DNA of 5,192 bases from a virus (lineage: Duplodnaviria; Heunggongvirae; Uroviricota; Caudoviricetes). Of this stretch, positions 1-5,192 are shown one piece after another. The stretch lies in the IMG/VR virus record IMGVR_UViG_2778261461_000003, one strand, 5' to 3'. Position 1 is the stretch's first letter, and every line of letters begins with the position of its first letter. The notes beneath the pieces were generated by a model. It had not been told where the DNA came from. It did not search any database and saw only the letters and a program-made list of their open reading frames with translations. Position numbers and translations under genes: made by a program.

Positions 1-378
1 TTACTTCGAACAATCAGCATCCATCTCCAATCGGAGATCCAACACCATCAGCATGCCCTCCACTACGCCCTCAGCTTTCTGGAGCATCCTGCCAACCCAA
101 CAATCAGATCGCCCATGCTTACGTGCAAGCGCCATAAAAGTCATGCCGCCGACATAATAGTCCACCAATAAATCATGTAAATCGCTGTTGTTTTTTTTCA
201 GGCGAGCCATACATTCACAAATGATCATCGCGTCATCGTCACAGCATTGCGGACGAGATCTTACTTTTGAAGGAATTAATCCCTTAAAACCGGCGGCAAT
301 GGACGACCAGGTCACATCTTCATGATTATTAGCCGCCCATGCCCCCCAACGCTCAAGAACCATCTGAATATCACGCAT
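1..378 (-). CDS. quuQ: Phage late-gene antitermination protein Q (phage 82/21-type Q family)
   Basis: Minus-strand ORF with TAA stop at 3..1. Translation [26 protein letters not shown]...[22 protein letters not shown]...[12 protein letters not shown] is recognised from memory as the Q antiterminator of E. coli cryptic prophages (QuuD/QuuQ-like); this is not a database hit. The ORF-track start at 393 is a TTG; the first ATG is at 378..376 with GGAG 7 nt upstream, so 1..378 is preferred. The upstream gene's stop (398..396) lies 17 nt before this ATG, implying co-transcription. The symbol quuQ is chosen because of the YdfU-like neighbour; quuD is equally possible. Confidence 0.8.
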   Translation of the reverse strand: MRDIQMVLERWGAWAANNHEDVTWSSIAAGFKGLIPSKVRSRPQCCDDDAMIICECMARLKKNNSDLHDLLVDYYVGGMTFMALARKHGRSDCWVGRMLQKAEGVVEGMLMVLDLRLEMDADCSK

Positions 379-395
379 CAACTTACTCCACAAAA

Positions 396-1445
396 TTAGG
401 CCAGCACACCAATTGCCAGCGCGCGATCGATAAATCGAAAAATCAGCTCCAGTTGGGAGCCATACTTCTCTTCAAATGCCACGGTATCCGTATGCAACTC
501 GTCGTGATGCTTTCTGCACAAAGGCAAAACAAAGAGATCATGTGCTTTGGTTCCCATTCCGCCCTGCCCGTGACCAATCAGATGATGCGGATCGTCGGCT
601 GGCATACCGCAGCAAGCACACGGCTGTGTCTTAACCCAGCGTGTGTATTTCTCCTTAACCCACCGGTGACGTTTAGGCAGCTTCATGAAAGATTCCGGAG
701 ACTCTGGATCAACGGTGATGCTTACCACCGTCTTTTCCTGTGATGGGTTTTGTTGCTGGTGGGCGTGAGGCAACGGTGCAAGATTTTTTGTGCGCTGTTT
801 CAATATGCTGGTGGCGGTCTGCTCTCCCGGTACGATGTCGCTTTCGCGGTACATCGAGCAGATTTTTTCCGCTGGTAATCCCAGCGAGCGACGTAATACC
901 GCTTCCGGTAGCGCGTCCGCCAGCTGATTGCGGACCGCCCACCAGGATAATTCAGCCAGAGATAATTCACGCTCCTGCGTACCGCTTATTGCGTGACCGA
1001 TGACGTCAATCATCCATGCTGACAGGTTTTGATGAGCAAGTTGCTCGAGTGATTCGGATGTCTGGTCACGCAGCTGGTTGTCGCAGTGCCAGCACAACAC
1101 CATTGCGCCGGTACCATATCGGTGAATAACGGTTTCGCTGTGATGATAATCGCCGTGTGGCCACTGGCAGGATTTAATATGGCGCAACAGCCAGTCAGAC
1201 AATGCACCAGCACCACCAGCAGCACGAATTACCCGTGCGTTACTGAAAAACGGCAGCAATGTTTTGTCTTCCACCAGCGGCTGGCGAACGGCAGGAACGA
1301 CCCCGGACGGCAGATTACGCATGCTTTTCGGTTCCGGCTCCACCAGTACCCGGGTATTGTGGAATACCGGCATGGATTCACGGCCCGGCTTAACGACCAC
1401 CAGCCCAAGTTCCGGTACCAGAACAGGTCGAAGTAATACCCGCAC
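396..1445 (-). CDS. ydfU: DUF968-type prophage protein with two HNH-like Cys/His clusters (YdfU-like), putative HNH-family nuclease
   Basis: 349-codon minus-strand ORF. GTG start at 1445..1443 preceded by GGAGG (complement of 1450..1454) with a 4-nt spacer; an alternative internal ATG at 1373..1371 has no clear SD. The C-terminal region has [44 protein letters not shown] (about nt 485..630), a CxxC...D-x-HH...LC-x-x-HH pattern typical of HNH/His-Me finger nucleases. A second similar cluster, [31 protein letters not shown], lies at about nt 1077..1169. Assignment to DUF968/YdfU is from memory. Confidence 0.75.
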   Translation of the reverse strand: MRVLLRPVLVPELGLVVVKPGRESMPVFHNTRVLVEPEPKSMRNLPSGVVPAVRQPLVEDKTLLPFFSNARVIRAAGGAGALSDWLLRHIKSCQWPHGDYHHSETVIHRYGTGAMVLCWHCDNQLRDQTSESLEQLAHQNLSAWMIDVIGHAISGTQERELSLAELSWWAVRNQLADALPEAVLRRSLGLPAEKICSMYRESDIVPGEQTATSILKQRTKNLAPLPHAHQQQNPSQEKTVVSITVDPESPESFMKLPKRHRWVKEKYTRWVKTQPCACCGMPADDPHHLIGHGQGGMGTKAHDLFVLPLCRKHHDELHTDTVAFEEKYGSQLELIFRFIDRALAIGVLA

Positions 1446-1579
1446 GTTACCTCCAGATGCGTTGCTGGAATGTACGGGACGGACGCGGTGGGCGTTCGGA
1501 GTAAGGCAATCTGACTGAGATTATCCAGTGACGGTAGTCGAGACTAAGGGCTTTCTTAACCTCGTATCCGGAGCTTAAG
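1446..1579. promoter_or_regulatory. Divergent intergenic region between the minus-strand ydfU-Q unit and the plus-strand exonuclease-xis-int unit; presumed to hold divergent promoters
   Basis: 134-bp non-coding gap flanked by two outward-facing gene starts, each with its SD just inside the gap (GGAGG for the minus gene, GGAG at 1570..1573 for the plus gene). No convincing sigma70 -35/-10 pair could be placed by eye. A short palindrome TAGTC-ga-GACTA at 1536..1547 is the only operator-like symmetry seen. Confidence 0.3.
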
Positions 1580-3553
1580 TTGCACGCCATTGGGTGGGTT
1601 AAGCATAAATGTATTCCTGGTGCTAAATGGCCCGAAATTCAGGCAGAGATGCGCATCTGGAAAAAACGTCGCGAAGGTGAACGCAAGGAAACCGGAAAAT
1701 ACACGTCTGTTGTTGATCTCGCCCGCGCCAGAGCCAATCAACAGTACACTGAAAATTCAACAGGAAAAATCAGCCCGGTCATTGCTGCCATTCATCGCGA
1801 ATACAAGCAGACATGGAAAACACTGGATGACGAACTGGCCTACGCTCTCTGGCCTGGTGATGTGGATGCCGGAAACATTGACGGCAGCATCCATCGCTGG
1901 GCAAAAAAAGAAGTTATCGACAACGACCGCGAAGACTGGAAGCGTATCTCGGCATCAATGCGCAAACAGCCTGATGCCCTTCGCTACGACCGCCAGACTA
2001 TTTTTGGCCTTGTCCGTGAGCGTCCGATCGACATTCACAAAGATCCCATAGCACTGAACAAATATATCTGCGAATACCTGACGACAAAGGGCGTGTTTGA
2101 GTTTGAGAATGAAGAAACAGACCTGGGCACTGTTGATGTTCTCCAGTCATCAGAAACACAAACTGATGCAGTGGAAACTGAGGTATCTGATATCCCAAAA
2201 AATGAAACCGCGCCGGAAGCTGAACCATCTGTAGAGCGTGAGGGGCCGTTCTATTTCCTCTTCGCAGATAAGGACGGAGAAAAATACGGACGCGCAAACA
2301 AACTTTCTGGTCTGGATAAGGCACTGGCTGCTGGCGCCACTGAAATCACAAAAGAAGAATATTTTGCCCGAAAAAATGGCACATACACGGGCTTACCGCA
2401 AAATGTAGATACCGCTGAAGATTCAGAACAACCAGAGCCGATAAAAGTTACCGCTGACGAAGTAAACAAAATTATGCAGGCAGCCAATATCAGCCAGCCT
2501 GACGCCGATAAGTTGCTTGCTGCATCACGTGGTGAATTTGTTGAAGGGATTAGTGACCCGAATGATCCGAAATGGGTTAAGGGGATCCAGACCCGCGATT
2601 CTGTGAACCAGAACCAGCATGAATCGGAACGGAACTACCAAAAAGCGGAACAAAACAGCACAAATGCGTTACAAAACGAGCCAGAAACGAAACAGCCTGA
2701 ACCAGTGGCGCAACAGGAAGTGGAAAAAGTCTGCACCGCCTGCGGTCAGACCGGCGGCGGCAACTGCCCTGATTGTGGCGCGGTGATGGGCGACGCAACA
2801 TACCAAGAAACATTCGATGAAGAGTATCAGGTTGAAGTTCAGGAAGATGATCCGGAGGAAATGGAAGGCGCTGAACATCCACACAAGGAGAACACTGGCG
2901 GCAATCAGCATCACAATAGCGATAATGAAACTGGCGAGACGGCAGATCACTCAATTAAGGTGAACGGTCATCACGAAATCACATCCACCAGCAGGACGTG
3001 TGACCATCTAATGATCGACCTTGAAACCATGGGAAAAAATCCTGATGCCCCGATCATCTCAATAGGTGCAATATTTTTCGATCCGCAAACCGGAGATATG
3101 GGACCGGAATTTAGTAAGACTATCGATCTGGAAACTGCTGGCGGAGTCATTGATCGGGACACCATTAAATGGTGGCTTAAGCAATCACGCGAAGCGCAAT
3201 CTGCCATTATGACCGATGAAATCCCGTTAGATGATGCACTGTTACAATTACGGGAATTTATCGACGAAAACTCCGGTGAATTTTTTGTTCAGGTTTGGGG
3301 AAATGGAGCCAACTTCGACAACACGATTTTGCGCCGTTCATACGAACGGCAGGGGATCCCCTGCCCGTGGCGTTACTACAACGATCGCGATGTACGCACA
3401 ATCGTTGAGCTGGGGAAAGCCATAGACTTCGATGCCAGAACGGCTATTCCATTCGAAGGTGAGCGCCATAATGCACTTGATGACGCCCGTTACCAGGCAA
3501 AATACGTTTCAGTTATCTGGCAAAAACTGATCCCGAGTCAGGCTGATTCTTAA
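1580..3553 (+). CDS. Multidomain putative 3'-5' exonuclease: N-terminal domain of unknown function, long acidic linker, 4-Cys zinc ribbon, C-terminal DnaQ-like DEDDh exonuclease domain
   Basis: 657-codon ORF with TAA stop at 3551..3553. Start is ambiguous: TTG at 1580 (GGAG 1570..1573, 6-nt spacer) or first in-frame ATG at 1649 (weak AGG/GAG upstream). The C-terminal ~180 aa carry the three DEDDh motifs in order: MIDLETMG (nt 3011..3034), VWGNGANFD (nt 3293..3319) and HNALDDARY (nt 3467..3493). A CxxC-x7-CxxC zinc ribbon (CTACGQTGGGNCPDC) lies at nt 2732..2776. The region between about nt 2100 and 3000 is strongly acidic and E/Q/T/D-rich. No PD-(D/E)xK signature was seen, so it is not called a lambda Exo/RecE-type nuclease. 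Confidence 0.8.
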   Translation: MHAIGWVKHKCIPGAKWPEIQAEMRIWKKRREGERKETGKYTSVVDLARARANQQYTENSTGKISPVIAAIHREYKQTWKTLDDELAYALWPGDVDAGNIDGSIHRWAKKEVIDNDREDWKRISASMRKQPDALRYDRQTIFGLVRERPIDIHKDPIALNKYICEYLTTKGVFEFENEETDLGTVDVLQSSETQTDAVETEVSDIPKNETAPEAEPSVEREGPFYFLFADKDGEKYGRANKLSGLDKALAAGATEITKEEYFARKNGTYTGLPQNVDTAEDSEQPEPIKVTADEVNKIMQAANISQPDADKLLAASRGEFVEGISDPNDPKWVKGIQTRDSVNQNQHESERNYQKAEQNSTNALQNEPETKQPEPVAQQEVEKVCTACGQTGGGNCPDCGAVMGDATYQETFDEEYQVEVQEDDPEEMEGAEHPHKENTGGNQHHNSDNETGETADHSIKVNGHHEITSTSRTCDHLMIDLETMGKNPDAPIISIGAIFFDPQTGDMGPEFSKTIDLETAGGVIDRDTIKWWLKQSREAQSAIMTDEIPLDDALLQLREFIDENSGEFFVQVWGNGANFDNTILRRSYERQGIPCPWRYYNDRDVRTIVELGKAIDFDARTAIPFEGERHNALDDARYQAKYVSVIWQKLIPSQADS

Positions 3554-3564
3554 TGTTCAACTGT

Positions 3565-3596
3565 CGCCGGTTGTGACTGGTATTCTGCAACCGGCG
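3565..3596. repeat. Perfect 9-bp inverted repeat (CGCCGGTTG / CAACCGGCG) with a 14-nt loop; potential RNA stem-loop or protein-binding site between the exonuclease gene and xis
   Basis: Left arm 3565..3573 and right arm 3588..3596 are exact reverse complements. It sits 12 nt after the exonuclease stop and 30 nt before the xis start. It is followed by CTCGTCTGATG, which is not a clean U-tract, so it is not called an intrinsic terminator. Confidence 0.4.
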
Positions 3597-3625
3597 CTCG
3601 TCTGATGTAAGAGATAAAGAAATCG

Positions 3626-3877
3626 ATGAGCGAAGTAATCATGATTGTCTCTCCCGGCAAATGGGTATCCGAAGAGCAGTTAATTGCGCTGAAAGGAATA
3701 AAAAAAGGTACGTTAAAAAAGGCCCGGGAAAAATCGTTTATGGAAGGAAGGGAATATAAGCATGTCGCTCATGACGGTATGCCATGGGATAACAGTCCAT
3801 GCTTTTACAACCTGGAAGAAATTGATCGCTGGATTGAGCGCCAGGCATCAGCGAGACCAAGACGTCATCTTACTTGA
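3626..3877 (+). CDS. xis: Excisionase-like protein (prophage Xis; Rac XisR/YdaQ-like family)
   Basis: 83-codon ORF immediately upstream of and co-oriented with the integrase gene, with TGA stop at 3875..3877. Translation ...KWVSEEQLIALKGIKKGTLKKAREKSFMEGREYKHVAHDGMPWDNSPCFYNLEEIDRWIERQ... matches my recollection of the small excisionase-like family found next to IntR-type integrases. Start could be ATG 3626 or ATG 3641; both have weak purine-rich SDs. Confidence 0.7.
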   Translation: MSEVIMIVSPGKWVSEEQLIALKGIKKGTLKKAREKSFMEGREYKHVAHDGMPWDNSPCFYNLEEIDRWIERQASARPRRHLT

Positions 3878-3911
3878 CTAAAAGCCACACTAACTAATGA
3901 GAGAAGTTGAA

Positions 3912-5192
3912 ATGAAATATCCGACAGGCGTGGAAAACCATGGAGGGAAATTACGTATCTGGTTTGTTTATAAAGGCGTAAGAGTCAGGGAAAATCTGGG
4001 GGTTCCTGACACAGCAAAAAACAGGCGCGTTGCAGGTGAACTACGCTCCTCTGTTTGTTACGCAATAAAAACTGGTGTTTTCGACTATGCAAAACAGTTT
4101 CCCTCCTCACGCAATCTGGAAAAATTTGGTGAGGCCCGACAAGATTTAACCATAAAAGAACTGGCTGAAAAATTTCTGGCACTGAAAGAAACTGAAGTCG
4201 CCAAAACATCACTCAACACATACCGTGCCGTCATCAAAAATATCCTGAGCATAATCGGTGAAAAAAATCTTGCCTCATCGATTAATAAAGAAAAATTACT
4301 GGAGGTTCGTAAAGAGCTACTGACTGGATACCAGATCCCCAAAAGTAACTATATTGTTACACAACCAGGGAGATCGGCTGTAACTGTAAATAATTACATG
4401 ACAAATCTTAACGCCGTGTTCCAGTTTGGTGTTGATAACGGTTACCTGCCAGATAATCCGTTTAAGGGGATCTCGCCATTAAAGGAATCAAGAACCATTC
4501 CGGATCCTCTTTCGCGGGAGGAATTTATCCGTCTTATCGATGCGTGCAGAAATCAGCAAGCAAAAAATTTATGGTGTGTTTCTGTTTATACTGGCGTTCG
4601 CCCTGGTGAGCTGTGTGCACTTGGATGGGAGGACATAGATCTGAAAAATGGAACAATGATGATCAGGAGAAATTTAGCAAAAGACCGTTTCACGGTACCA
4701 AAAACACAGGCGGGAACCAATCGGGTCATTCATCTTATTAAGCCAGCAATCGACGCTCTCCGGAGTCAGATGACATTAACGAGACTGAGCAAAGAGCATA
4801 TCATTGATGTTCACCTCAGAGAGTATGGCAGAACAGAAAAACAAAAATGCACCTTTGTTTTTCAACCTGAAGTGTCAGCGAGAGTAAAAAATTATGGTGA
4901 CCATTTTACCGTTGACTCAATAAGGCAGATGTGGGACGCAGCGATAAAACGTGCCGGACTCCGCCATCGAAAATCATATCAGTCGAGACATACTTATGCC
5001 TGCTGGTCGCTGACAGCTGGTGCTAACCCGGCATTTATAGCAAACCAGATGGGCCATGCAGATGCGCAAATGGTATTTCAGGTATACGGAAAATGGATGT
5101 CTGAAAACAATAATGCACAGGTAGCTTTGTTAAATACACAGTTAAGCGAGTTTGCCCCAACCATGCCCCATAACGAAGCAATGAAAAATTAA
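3912..5192 (+). CDS. int: Tyrosine-type site-specific integrase (phage integrase, Rac IntR-like with arm-binding N-terminus)
   Basis: ORF with TAA stop at 5190..5192, the window end. The N-terminus MKYPTGVENHGGKLRIWFVYKGVRVRENLG resembles the arm-DNA-binding N-domain of IntR-family integrases. The catalytic-domain signatures are visible: R in GVRPGELCALGWEDIDL, R-H in SRHTYACW, H in QMGHADA and the nucleophile Y in FQVYGKW. Preferred start is ATG 3912 (GAGAGAAG purine-rich SD, 5-nt spacer); the ORF-track start at ATG 3897 has no SD. Confidence 0.9.
   Translation: MKYPTGVENHGGKLRIWFVYKGVRVRENLGVPDTAKNRRVAGELRSSVCYAIKTGVFDYAKQFPSSRNLEKFGEARQDLTIKELAEKFLALKETEVAKTSLNTYRAVIKNILSIIGEKNLASSINKEKLLEVRKELLTGYQIPKSNYIVTQPGRSAVTVNNYMTNLNAVFQFGVDNGYLPDNPFKGISPLKESRTIPDPLSREEFIRLIDACRNQQAKNLWCVSVYTGVRPGELCALGWEDIDLKNGTMMIRRNLAKDRFTVPKTQAGTNRVIHLIKPAIDALRSQMTLTRLSKEHIIDVHLREYGRTEKQKCTFVFQPEVSARVKNYGDHFTVDSIRQMWDAAIKRAGLRHRKSYQSRHTYACWSLTAGANPAFIANQMGHADAQMVFQVYGKWMSENNNAQVALLNTQLSEFAPTMPHNEAMKN

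Noticed and set aside
191-198. Homopolymeric T8 (A8 on the coding strand) inside the Q gene, and A7 runs at about 1895..1901 and 4261..4267
   Set aside because: Short in-frame lysine-codon runs (KK) in AT-rich coding sequence; no evidence of a frameshift and too short to call as a slippage switch.
339-743. 134-aa plus-strand ORF overlapping the Q/ydfU junction
   Set aside because: It is entirely antisense to two well-supported minus-strand genes, has no recognisable motifs and no SD; most likely a chance ORF.
1086-1518. Plus-strand ORFs of 116 aa and 84 aa (1086..1436, 1264..1518) inside ydfU
   Set aside because: Antisense to the DUF968 gene, with low-complexity S/T/R-rich translations typical of the wrong frame in GC-balanced coding sequence.
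1590-3425. Alternative-frame and antisense ORFs inside the exonuclease gene (1590..2051 +, 1998..2324 -, 2251..2487 -, 2577..2954 -, 2669..2950 -, 2971..3207 -, 3231..3425 +)
   Set aside because: All overlap the long ORF, which has clear domain motifs in its own frame; their translations are R/S/C-rich or hydrophobic and unrecognisable, and several start with non-ATG codons.
3011-3553. Exonuclease domain as a separate gene starting at the internal ATG 3011 (MIDLETMG)
   Set aside because: The reading frame is continuous from 1580 with no stop, and the sequence upstream of 3011 has only a weak, poorly spaced SD; internal initiation is possible but not supported.
3565-3610. Interpreting the 9-bp hairpin as a rho-independent terminator
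   Set aside because: The stem is followed by CTCGTCTGATG rather than a run of T residues, so it was kept only as a generic stem-loop.
3874-3901. Possible pI-like promoter for int (TTGACT at 3874..3879 overlapping the xis stop)
   Set aside because: A good -35-like hexamer, but no acceptable -10 hexamer at 16-18 bp spacing (the candidates are ATGAGA or TAATGA); too weak to call from sequence alone.
3985-4342. Two minus-strand ORFs (75 and 85 aa) within the integrase gene
   Set aside because: Antisense to a gene with an intact tyrosine-recombinase signature; no independent support.
1-5192. Search for CRISPR arrays, tRNA/rRNA genes, IS elements or terminal inverted repeats
   Set aside because: No spaced direct repeats, no tRNA-like cloverleaf segments and no transposase-like ORFs were seen; the att site and any tRNA integration target presumably lie outside the window.

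Overview
The window reads as a compact, mosaic fragment of a lambdoid (E. coli-type) prophage with two divergently oriented modules. On the minus strand (left) sit a DUF968-type protein with HNH-like Cys/His clusters (YdfU-like) and, tightly linked downstream, a late-gene antiterminator Q. On the plus strand (right) sit a 657-aa multidomain protein ending in a DnaQ-like DEDDh 3'-5' exonuclease domain, an excisionase-like gene, and a tyrosine integrase whose stop codon is the last triplet of the window. Only about 134 bp separate the two modules; no repressor/Cro, N, replication or single-strand-annealing genes are present where a lambdoid genome would carry them. The most interesting object is the 657-aa protein, which occupies the slot next to xis/int but is not a lambda-Exo or RecE-type nuclease by motif content. 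All family assignments are from reading the translations and from memory; no searches were run.
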